Shown: positions 53,721 to 64,000 of the stretch, piece by piece
Layout: the number at the start of each line of letters is the position of its first letter
Position numbering within the stretch: position 1 is the stretch's first letter
Assembly (NCBI RefSeq): GCF_006345805.1
Contig: NC_043016.1
Span: forward strand, 20,956,001-21,020,000
DNA length: 64,000 nucleotides
From: Octopus sinensis
Lineage: Eukaryota
Direction: 5' to 3'
Made by a program: the position numbers and the translations under genes
The notes under the pieces: model-generated
What the model was told of the DNA's origin: nothing
The model's database searches: none
The model's input: the letters and a program-made list of their open reading frames with translations, nothing else

Positions 53721-54709
53721 CAGGGTGTAACTAGCCCAATTATGCATACCTTTCCTTCAGTGGACACTATGGACGCTAAACTCTGCTTGCGAAGACCTGT
53801 TGAGGCAAGTGAAATCGAAATCAAATCAAAGTAGCAAATTCAATGACTGGCACCTGTCCAGTGGAGTGCTAAGAGCACCATCCAAGTGTGATCACTGCCA
53901 GAGCAGCTGACTAGCTTTCATGCCGGTGGCATGTAAAAAGTACCATTCAAATGTGATTGTTACCAGCGTCGCCATACTGGCACTCGTACCGGTGACACAT
54001 GAAAAACGTTCAAATGAGATCGTTGCCAGAGCCGCTGGACTGACTCCTGTGCTGGTGACATGTAAAAAACACCATTTGAGCATGGGACGTTGCCATTACT
54101 GCCTGAATGGCCCTCATGCCAGTGGCACGTAAAAGCACCCACTACACTCTCGGAATGGTTAGCATTGGGAAGGGCATCCAGCTACAGAAACTCTGCCAGA
54201 TCAGATTGGAGTCTGGTGCAGCCATCTGGTTTGTTAGTCCTCAGTCAAATCCTCCAACCAATGACAGCATGGAAAGCAGACGTTAAACGATGATAATAAT
54301 AAATAATAATAATATGTACAAAAATTTATCACAAAAGCTCAACTTCCATGATGTGACATAATGTATATAAGTTTCTATTAAGCATAACTTTGCATTTTTA
54401 TCTGCAGTTTTTGTTCTTTAGATGTCCAGTGACATCATCAATTTTATTAGATAAATATAATCATTTTCTATGTTAGGTTTTTTTTATATAGATTTCAACT
54501 TATCAAAATATATGGAATTAGTATGGTAATTTTTATATTTTATTTTTACGAACTAAATTAGTTATTCAATGATGTCACTCTTGGTGTTTCTTTTTGTTAG
54601 CATTTTTTAACAGCTAAAATTTTTTCAGATGTTCAGTCAGAATGTTGTATTGACATAAACTTTCGTACATATTATTATTAATTTTAATAATATTATGTAT
54701 GTGTGTGTG

Positions 54710-54766
<57 letters not shown>

Positions 54767-54784
54767 TATATGTGTGTGTGTGTG

Positions 54785-54985
54785 ATTGCGTGTGTATCGT
54801 TGGCGATTTTTTTCCTCCATCTTCCCTTCCTTGGATCTTTCCTTTTCCTATGTTTCTGACGAAGAGCTCGGCTCAAAACGTTAAATCCTCCTTTTTTCTT
54901 TCCTGTGCGTCCAATAACACTTTACTTGTTCCACGTCCTCACGTTGTTGTGTTTTCTCTTTGTGTTTTCATGTTTGGATTAACTC
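54785..54985 (+). mobile_element. Short Penelope-like repeat with degenerate minimal hammerhead
   Basis: TTT-CTGACGA-A-GAGC-TCG-GCTC-AAAAC-GT-T-AAA at 54853-54885 (GAAA mutated to AAAA). Homologous to 61585-61780; flanked by TA/TG microsatellite. Confidence 0.55.
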
Positions 54986-55018
54986 TACATACATATATAC
55001 ATACATATATGTGAAAAG

Positions 55019-55500
55019 ACAAGCTACTAGCGTCACAGCTCTTCAACTGCCCACTGATCTTACGCTTCCTCCTGTTTTGAATCTGACACTGCCTCAATCC
55101 GACTATCTCCTTCCAGTCCCCTCCCCGCCTCGTAATTATCCTACGTTTTTATTTCTTACGAGCCTGCACCAACCCTTCCTGCCATCGTTCCTCCTTACCC
55201 CCCCAACCTTCCCCCACCCCCACCCATTCCAAGTACCCCGGATCCCTGTTGCCCCCGTGCTGCGGTCACGTTAAAAAGCTCGAACCGATCGTGACCGATG
55301 CCGGACCCCCCGGCCCCTGTGCAGGTGGCACGTAAAAAGCACCCACTCCACTCACGGAGTGGTTGGCGTTAGGAAGGGCATCCAGCCGTAGAAACTCTGC
55401 CAGATCAGACTGGAGCGGCCCCTGGCTTCCCAGACCCCGGTCGAACCGTCCAACCCGTGCTAGCGCGGAAAACGGACGTTAAACGATGATGATGATGATG
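55019..55500 (+). mobile_element. 5'-truncated copy of the composite RTE-tailed element
   Basis: CAAGCTACTAGCGTCACAGCTCTTCAACTGCCC...GTACCCCGGATCCC...TGTGCAGGTGGCACG tail; aligns to the reverse complement of 29400-29870. Confidence 0.75.
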
Positions 55501-55531
<31 letters not shown>

Positions 55532-55783
55532 GAGACAGACAGACACACAGACATATGAATGTATATATGTGTATGTTAATGCAATTGTAACAATTGTTGG
55601 ATTTTTAAGGTGTGATCTAAAATAAAGATATGATTTTCATACATATTGATCATTATATATATATATATATCTACACACACCACACAATATTCTTTACAGT
55701 AAAAATTAATTACAAATACATATATACATACATATATATATATATGTATTTGTATATGTATATATGTATATATAATGTACAGT

Positions 55784-56121
55784 GAAGGCGCATGGCTTAG
55801 TGGTTAGAGCGTCGAGCTTACGATCGTGAGGTTGTGAGCTCGAATCCCGGACCGGGCTGCGTGTTGTGTTCTTGAGCAAAGCACTTTATTTCACGTTGCT
55901 CCAGTTCACTCAGCTGTAGAAATGAGTTGCGACGTCACTGGTGCCAAGCTGTATCGACCTTTGTCTTTCCCTTGGATAACATCGGTGGCGTGGAGAGGGG
56001 AGGCTGGTATGCATGGGCGACTGCTGGTCTTCCATAAACAACCTTGCCCGGACTTGTGTCTAGGAGGATAACTTTCTAGGTGCAATCCCATGGTCATTCA
56101 TGACCGAAGGAGGTCTCTTTT
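55784..56121 (+). mobile_element. Full-length tRNA-derived SINE (family A)
   Basis: High similarity to 15958-16306; 11-bp TSD TAATGTACAGT at 55773-55783 and 56122-56132. Confidence 0.9.
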
Positions 56122-56376
56122 TAATGTACAGTTCAAATTTACAGAAACAAAAGACAAAGACAGCTATAGGAACAACAAGTTTAACACTCAGGAAGAATTG
56201 AAAAGTGTTTAAAGTTTTGAGTTTATGCTTTTTTACAGGAAGAATTAAGAGGGAGAAAAAAGGAGAGACAATGCAAAAACAACGAAAAGAAAAATGCGTA
56301 GAGATTAATGATTCAAGACCATGAAAATTATTATGTACACATATACACACATACAAATATATATATATATACATAC

Positions 56377-56510
56377 CTCACCACCCCAAAGGTAGGGGAC
56401 GCGCCCACCTCCTTTACTCTTCACATCAATAACCTGGTCCTTGATCAATGACAGAAACTGAGTGTTCTTGGATTGGTACCTCTTGATGGCTATTGCACGG
56501 GAGATTGTTT
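56377..56510 (-). CDS. Tango1: TANGO1/MIA3-like gene, internal exon: first part of MIA-type SH3 domain
   Basis: Acceptor ttgtctAG and donor GTatgt; phase 1 to 0. Encodes TISRAIAIKRYQSKNTQFLSLIKDQVIDVKSKGGGRVPYLWGGE, which fits the MIA/OTOR/TANGO SH3 pattern (A..Y....FLS...D.I.V.SK.......LW.G). Confidence 0.9.
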
Positions 56511-57425
56511 CTAGACAAATCAAAGGAACAGAGAGAATGAACAGAAATAGGGATGGATAGGACATATGAGTCAAAAAGTGAGGTCGATGAAAAGTGAAAG
56601 AGAAAAAGAAAAAACGAGAGATGGAGTGAGAGTGGGTGATTTAAAAATATACATCATGGTTCTTTATAATCAAAATAGCAATTTCTATCATGATCAACAT
56701 AATAATAATAATCAAAATAATCCTTTCTACAATGGAAGATCATGCCAGAAATAGATTCTTTTAAACAGCCTACTGACTCACTTGGATTAGTGAATAGTTT
56801 CCATTATCAAAGTGAGAAATGGTTGTACTGGAAGTACAGTTGCTAAGGTGAGAACTGGTTGGAAAATGCTCAGAGTTCTATTATCATCTCCCTCGAATTG
56901 AAAGGCAGATTGTACAATGCTTGTGTTTAAATGTTTAAACTTTTCTGTGCTACCTCTTGTCTTATCCTTTATATATATATATATATATATATATTTAATT
57001 AATAAGGGTGAGAGAATTAGATACTAATTTAATAGTATATTTATTCAACACCAAGTGGCCTAGTGCTACGAGAAACCTGGATTATTATAATATTTTATAA
57101 CATATTGACCACTCTCTTATATTTGTTTTGTAAAAGTATTGTAATATGTTATAAAATATTATAATAATCCAGGTTTCTCGTAGCACTAGGCCACTTGGTG
57201 TTGAATAAATATACTATTAATTAGTATCTAATTCTCCACCCTTATTAATTAATTATAATTATGCTGCATTTATTTCTAAATGCTGTATTGTTTTCCGTGA
57301 AGTTTGGCGCGCTGTTGGTTGGGGCATTTGAATTATAACGTCGGATGGAATCAATTGAACCACACGCGTATTTATCGTTATGGTAAAATCTGGCGTGTGA
57401 TTGAGTGGATTTCATCCAGATAGTC

Positions 57426-57503
57426 TTGGCTGACGAGCTACAAATGGATTTTTTTGTAAGTAATATTACATTTAATTCATTAATAGCGAAACAATTGTCC
57501 CAA
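57426..57503 (+). ncRNA. Type I hammerhead ribozyme motif, copy 1
   Basis: TTGG-CTGACGA-GCTA...TAGC-GAA-AC-AATT-GT-C-CCAA: complete core; stem I TTGG/CCAA, stem II GCTA/TAGC, short stem III with palindromic ACAATTGT. Predicted cleavage after GUC at 57499. Confidence 0.85.
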
Positions 57504-57957
57504 AATAATCTGTATTTTTGTTTTTTTTACTTGCCCTGTCCGTGTGAGCTAACAGTCGTACTGGCTTTCATGGGAAACATGTATCTTCGTGGTTGAAACC
57601 TTTTGGATTAACTGGTGCTAGAGTGAGCAATATATTGACCACTCTCTTATATTTGTTTTGTAAAAGTATTGTAATATGTTATAAAAATTATAATAATCCA
57701 GGTTTCTCGTAGCACTAGGCCACTTGGTGTTGAATAAATATACTATTAAATTAGTATCTAATTCTCTCACCCTTATTAATTAATTATAATTATGCTGCAT
57801 TTATTTCTAAATGCTGTATTTGTTTTCCGTGAAAGTTTGGCGCGCTGTTGGTTGGGGCATTTGAATTATAACGTCGGATGGAATCAATTGAACCACACGC
57901 GTATTATCGTTATGGTAAAATCTGGCGTGTGATTGAGTGGATTTCATCCAGATAGTC

Positions 57958-58035
57958 TTGGCTGACGAGCTACAAATGGATTTTTTTGTAAGTAATATTA
58001 CATTTAATTCATTAATAGCGAAACAATTGTCCCAA
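57958..58035 (+). ncRNA. Type I hammerhead ribozyme motif, copy 2
   Basis: Same core and stems as copy 1, 532 bp downstream in the next tandem unit. Predicted cleavage after 58031. Confidence 0.85.
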
Positions 58036-58190
58036 AATAATCTGTATTTTTGTTATTTTTTACTTGCCCTGTCCGTGTGAGCTAACAGTCGTACTGGCTT
58101 TCATGGGAAACATGTATCTTCGTGGTTGAAACCTTTTGGATTAACTGGTGCTAGAGTGAGCAATATATTGACCACTCTCTTATATTTGTT

Positions 58191-58221
<31 letters not shown>

Positions 58222-58404
58222 AAGCATGGAAGGCAAACTTTAAATGATGATTATGAAATGATGCATATATATATGTGTGTGTGTGTGTGTGTTTATAGAT
58301 GTATATACATGTATGTACATGTGTGTGTGTATCATCATCATCATTTAATGTCCGCTTTCCATGCTAGCATGGGTTGGATGATTTGACTGAGGTCTGGCGA
58401 ACCA

Positions 58405-59220
58405 GGTCTCTCAGGTTCTTTGGGAGGATATTGAAGAGCTGTGGGCCTCTGAAGCCCAGGTTATCACAGTATCTTGTCCTACATCTTGATGGCAAATTTG
58501 GAGTCCTTGGCACCTTGCAGTGGCGCCCAGTTCTAGCATTTGTGTAACTCTCGATGCCAAAGTTTGGGACAAGTCCTTCTAGGATCTTCCAGATGTATAT
58601 TATGGCATATCTTTCTTGCCTACGCTCTAAGGAATAGAGTCTTAATCTCTTGAGTCTTTCCCAGTAGCTTATATGCTGCACAGAGGCTATCTTCTTTGTG
58701 TAGCTTCGTTGGATCGCCTCAAGTTCTGTGATTAACTTGACACTGGATGGTGACCATAGCTGAGAGCAATAGGACCATCATGGTTTCCTGGTCTCTTATT
58801 CTAAAGGTTCTAAGAATCCGTTCGGTCAGCTGCCTACATTTCATTGCCAATTTAGCAACATGCACATGAAAGGTTGCATCATCACTCATGTAAATACCCA
58901 AGTCTCGTACTGATTGTGCCTCTGGGATTGCAATCCCTCCAGGTCCAGTGTATTTATTGGGTATTGCATGCTGATAGCATAAAGCTTGAAACTTTTCAGC
59001 ATTGAACTGCATGCTATTCTTTTCAGTCCAATTGTATATTTTGTCCAGCTCACATTGCAGGTGCTTAGTGTCTTCAGGGTTCTGTATGCCTGTGAAACTT
59101 TTGTATCATCTGCATAACTTGTGATCGTGGTTCTCTGCGTGGCTGAGGGCATGTCTGAGAGCGCCATTATGAACAGTAGTGGTCCCAAAACAGTGCCTCG
59201 CGGAACACCGCTCACTATTT
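58405..59220 (-). mobile_element. CR1/L2-like LINE RT fragment
   Basis: ORFs 58886..59215 (SGVPRGTVLGPLLF...YADDTK), 58719..59012 (FNAEKF, VRDLGI) and 58364..58681 (RLYSLERRQERYAII); frameshifted. Confidence 0.85.
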
Positions 59221-59469
59221 GCGTGTTATATATTTATATATACACACACAGTATTTTAGTTTTTCTGGGTGTCCCTTTTTAGAGTAGAAGAAATAGCTAA
59301 GGTTTTTTGGCAGCTATTTCTAAACTTCGGTATGTGATAAAGCAAATCTTTGCTGAACTCTAATTATTAAGTATTACTTAAGTTTACCGTGAAATGGTCC
59401 TTTCTCATGCCGAATTCTACTTGGTGAAATTATTGATTACTTCTTAATTAATTTTACCCTTTGTTATTA

Positions 59470-60357
59470 CACACACACATCTATAGATATATACACACAT
59501 ACATATTTATATATATATACATATTCATCTGTCTCTCTCTCTATATATATATATATATACATACATATATACACACACATATATATACACACATATATAT
59601 ATATACACATGTATATATATACACATGTATATATATACACATGTATATATATATACACATGTATATATATACACATGTATATATATATACACATGTATAT
59701 ATATATATACACATATATATATATACACATGTATATATATACACATGTATATATATATACACATGTATATATACACATGTATATATATACACATGTATAT
59801 ATATATACACATGTATATATATACATATATATACACATGTATATATATACACATGTATATATATATACACATGTATATATATACATATATATATATACAC
59901 ATGTATATATATACACATGTATATATATGCATACATATATATATACATATATACATATATACACATGTATATATATACATATATACATATATACACATGT
60001 ATATATATACATACATATATATAATACATATATACATACAATATATATACATACTATATATATACATATATACATACATATATACATATACATATATATA
60101 TACATATATATATACATATATATATACATATATATATATACACATATATATATACATATATATATATACATATATATATACATATATATACATATATATA
60201 CATATATATATACATATATATTACATACATATATACATACATATATACATACATATATACATACATATATATACATAATATATACATATATACATACATA
60301 TATACATACATATATACATACATATATATACATATATATATACATATATATATATAC
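59470..60357. repeat. ~890-bp compound (TA)n-CACATG / (TA)n-CA microsatellite
   Basis: Direct reading; explains the ORFs of 166-292 aa at 59461-60469. Confidence 0.95.
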
Positions 60358-60553
60358 TACTACAATTAGAGAATGGAGAAATATACTTAAATCAGTAAAA
60401 AATCAACTATCCGATGAACTCAATCCATACTTTAATACACCATTACATATTAGTAAAGGCAATACATAAAATGAAATGAGATATACAGTAATAGTAAAAA
60501 GATAAAGAGATATAAGTAAAAAATTTTCAAAATGATATGCAAATAGATCAAAA

Positions 60554-60661
60554 CTGACAGCTGTTTCGGCAGTGAGGACAGTCATACCTCATTTAACCTA
60601 TAAGCCATAAAGGCAGGTATAAATGAGGCATTAACAAGGATGCCCCACGGCCTCTTCAGAG
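60554..60661 (-). ncRNA. Inverted copy of the 61086-61193 hammerhead motif
   Basis: Reverse complement of the 61086-61193 motif, in the left arm of the inverted repeat. Confidence 0.6.
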
Positions 60662-61085
60662 AATTAAATTAAATTTGTTATAATAGTGAAAAATATTATA
60701 CAATCATATACATATAAATATAAAAATATAAAAATGTAAAATATAAAAACTTATACATCATAATGCTACACTTATATAATATAATACACATTTGTACAAA
60801 AAAGGAAGGTAAACAGAACAAAATAAAACTTTTATATATATTTAAAAAAAAACTATTAGCCAAATATGTATAATATCGGTACTTATTGATATTAATATAT
60901 ACACTATTATATATTTTGTTTTATTTTGTTCTGTTTACCTTCCTTTTTTGTACAAATGTGTATTATATTATATAAGTGTAGCATTATGATGTATAAGTTT
61001 TTATATTTTACATTTTTATATTTTTATATTTATATGTATATGATTGTATAATATTTTTCACTATTATAACAAATTTAATTTAATT

Positions 61086-61193
61086 CTCTGAAGAGGCCGT
61101 GGGGCATCCTTGTTAATGCCTCATTTATACCTGCCTTTATGGCTTATAGGTTAAATGAGGTATGACTGTCCTCACTGCCGAAACAGCTGTCAG
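61086..61193 (+). ncRNA. Hammerhead ribozyme motif with long extended stem II
   Basis: CT-CTGAAGA-GGC...GCC-GAA-AC-AGCT-GT-C-AG. Stem II is extended by GTGGGG/CCTCAC and ATGCCTCATTTA/TAAATGAGGTAT. Stem I is only about 2 bp. Confidence 0.65.
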
Positions 61194-61584
61194 TTTTGAT
61201 CTATTTGCATATCATATTTGAAAATTTTTTACTTATATCTCTTTATCTTTTTACTATTACTGTATATCTCATTTCATTTTATGTATTGCCTTTACTAATA
61301 TGTAATGGTGTATTAAAGTATGGATTGAGTTTCATCGGATAGTTGATGTTTTACTGATTTAAGTATATTTCTCCATTCTCTAATTTTGTAGTATTAATTT
61401 ACGGTAATATTATTACCTTTACCCATATAATGCAATAGATGAACTGATTGTTTGACAATTTTTAACATCTATGTATTAATTTTGTTGGGTACCTATCTAG
61501 CAGTATATTGGATATATATTATCCCATGGTGGCTTGAATTTTCAACCCCTATCTCATTTTATAACCATATATATATATATATAC

Positions 61585-61780
61585 GTGACCGCATGTGTAC
61601 CGTTGGCGATTTTTTTTCTGCTGTCTTCCCTTCTCTGGATCTTTCTTTCTCCTATGTTTCCGACGAATAGCTCTGCTTGAAACGTTAAACCCTCCTTCTT
61701 TCCTGAGCGTCCAATAATACTATATTTGTTCCACGTCCTCGCGTTGTGTTTTTTTGTGCTTTCTTGTTTGGATTAACTTT
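61585..61780 (+). mobile_element. Second copy of the short Penelope-like repeat with degenerate minimal hammerhead
   Basis: TTT-CCGACGA-A-TAGC-TCT-GCTT-GAAAC-GT-T-AAA at ~61657-61689. Aligns with 54785-54985; flanked by (TA)n. Confidence 0.55.
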
Positions 61781-62037
61781 ATATATATATATACACACAT
61801 ATATATACATATACATATATATATACATATAAATACATATAAATATATACATATATATATATATACATATATATATATACATATATATATATTTTATTCT
61901 GTCTTATTCTGTTGGATTTGGATGTTCCTATTTAATCTAAATAATTAGTTAATAAATTATATGAATTGGTATTATCTGGAAGTTGATGATTGAAAGAAAT
62001 CTATCCCTCCATTTTCTTATTTTGTATTTATATATAT

Positions 62038-64000
62038 ATCTCTTATTATAAAAGGCAGATTTTATCTGCCTCCCTTTGTATCTTATAGAAATCTACAATA
62101 TAGGATTTCTTCAATTACAATTTACCTAGCATTTTTAAGAGTAGAATGTAAGCTAACGTGTGTGTGTGCGCGTGTGTGTGTGTGTGAGGATGCGTGTGTG
62201 TGTGTGTGTGTGCGTGTGCGTGACTGTGTGACAGGAAAGTAGCAGAAAGATCGCCCAAAAGTGTATATAGATATTTAAATGTGTTTATATATTCATCTAT
62301 ACACAGATGTATGTATAATGTGTGTGTATATATTTCCATAGCGGTAACCTTTCACTCCATACAAAGTTTTTTAGGACGAATATAAGATCTACAGTATATA
62401 CAAGTAGCAGAAAGATCGCCCAAAAGTGTATATAGATATTTAAATGTATTTATATATTCATCTATGCACACATCTCTTATTATAATAGGCAGATTTTATC
62501 TGCCTCCCTTTGTATCTTATAGAAATCTACAATATAGGATTTCTTCAATTACAATTTACCTAGCATTTTTAAGAGTAGAATGCATCGGGTCGTGCCAGGT
62601 CCACTTTTTAAAATTTCAACCCCAATTAAGCAAAATTTAGAGAAAACTCACATTGTGGTGTATGAGTCAAATGCTTCTCTTAGTGTGGGATACAGCACAC
62701 GCAAACGCACACACACAGTGTGCAACGAATAAAGTGAAAGTAATTCACTTTCTGTAGTGAGTGACTCTTTCACTCTACATTCCCACTTCCTCTTTACACA
62801 CATAGACACGCAAATATATAAATAAAATTGTAAGCTAACGTGTGTGTGTGCGTGTGTGTGAGTGTGTGTGTGTGTGCATGTGTGTGTGTGTGTGCATGTG
62901 TGTGTGTGAGGATGCGTGTGTGTGTGTGTGCGTGAGTGTGTGACAGGAAAGTTTTTTACGACAAATATAAGACCTATATCCAAGTAGCAGAAAGATCGCC
63001 CAAAAGTGTATATAGATATTTAAATGTATTTATATATTCATCTATACACAGATGTATGTATAATGTGTGTGTATATATTTCCATAGCGGTAACCTTTCAC
63101 TCCATACAAAGTTTTTTAGGACGAATATAAGATCTAAAGTATATACAAGTAGCAGAAAGATCGCCCAAAAGTGTATGTAGATATTTAAATGTATTTATAT
63201 ATTCATCTATGCACACATCTCTTATTATAATGGGCAGATTTTATCTGCCTCCCTTTGTATCTTATAGAAATCTACAATATAGGATTTCTTCAATTACAAT
63301 TTACCTAGCATTTTTAAGAGTAGAATGCATTGGGTCGTGCCAGGTCCACTTTTTAAAATTTCAACCTCAATTAAGCAAAATTTAGAGAAAACTCACATTG
63401 TGGTGTATGAGTCAAATGCTTCTCTTAGTGTGGGATACAGCACACGCAAACGCACACACACAGTGTGCAATGAATAAAGTGAAAGTAATTCACTTTCTGT
63501 AGTGAGTGACTTTTTCACTCTACATTCCCACTCCCTCTTTACACACATAGACACGCAAATATATAAATAAAATTGTAAGCTAACGTGTGTGTGTGAGTGT
63601 GTGTGCGTGTGCATGTGTGTGAGGATGCGTGCGTGCGTGTGTGTGTGTGTGTGTGGTGTGTGTGTGCGTGTGTGACAGGAAAGTTTTTTACGACGAATAT
63701 AAGACCTATATCCAAGTAGCAGAAAGATCGCCCAAAAGTGTATATAGATATTTAAATGTATTTATATATTCATCTATACACAGATGTATGTATAATGTGT
63801 GTGTATATATTTCCATAGGGGTAACCTTTCACTCCATACAAAGTTTTTTAGGACGAATATAAGATCTAAAGTATATACAAGTAGCAGAAAGATCGCCCAA
63901 AAGTGTATATAGATATTTAATGTATTTATATATTCATCTATGCACACATGTATGTATAACGTGTGTGTATATATTTCCATAGAGGTAACCATTCACTCCA
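62038..64000 (+). repeat. Tandem array of a Helitron/Helentron-like non-autonomous unit (~757 bp) with internal ~170-bp subrepeats and (GT)n
   Basis: Unit head TCTCTTATTATAA..GGCAGATTTTATCTGCC recurs at ~62040, ~62464 and ~63221; the first unit is internally deleted. The array runs off the window end. Confidence 0.75.

Larger units (their letters stand above)
56995..58194 (+). mobile_element. Penelope-like/retrozyme-type element: two ~530-bp head-to-tail units plus inverted 5' arm, within (TA)n
   Basis: Units start at 57102, 57632 and 58165 (partial). 56995-57106 is the reverse complement of 57143-57252. One hammerhead per unit; (TA)n on both flanks; no coding capacity. Confidence 0.7.
60358..61393. 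repeat. ~1-kb inverted repeat (arms ~472/476 bp, 88-bp spacer), probably Penelope-like
   Basis: 60358-60829 is a near-perfect reverse complement of 60918-61393, differing mainly by single-base indels. Each arm carries a hammerhead motif. Confidence 0.85.

Noticed and set aside
59461-60469. Long ORFs of 166-292 aa (I/Y/H/T/C/M-rich), and similar ORFs at 52183-53084, 8894-9553 and 10589-10927
   Set aside because: Translations of (TA)n, (CA)n and trinucleotide microsatellites, which lack stops in some frames; not genes.

Overview
Eukaryotic, AT-rich, microsatellite- and transposon-dense genomic DNA. The repeat families and style suggest an octopus-type cephalopod (inference only). One protein-coding gene spans the window on the minus strand: a TANGO1/MIA3-family ER-exit-site cargo receptor. 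I could assemble 13 phase-compatible GT-AG exons between 56510 and 668, about 880 codons. They encode a MIA-type SH3 domain, a long acidic/Ser/His-rich luminal region, a hydrophobic membrane region and a cytoplasmic coiled coil. The signal-peptide exon and the C-terminal proline-rich part were not found and probably lie outside the window. The introns hold decayed RTE and CR1-like LINEs, several tRNA-derived SINE families, hAT and piggyBac MITEs, a TTAA-flanked piggyBac relic carrying a nested ORF1-only retroelement, Tc1/mariner, MULE and Helitron relics. The most notable non-coding signal is a cluster of hammerhead-ribozyme motifs at 54.8-61.7 kb. It includes a ~530-bp head-to-tail repeat with an intact type I hammerhead in each unit plus an inverted 5' arm, and a ~1-kb inverted repeat with a hammerhead in each arm; both look like Penelope-like or retrozyme elements. 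Two independent ~350-bp tandem arrays also abut the same GC-rich anchor motif of an RTE-tailed composite element. Exon coordinates were read by hand; repeat boundaries are approximate. Copy-to-copy differences are often homopolymer indels, so some tandem structures could include long-read assembly error.
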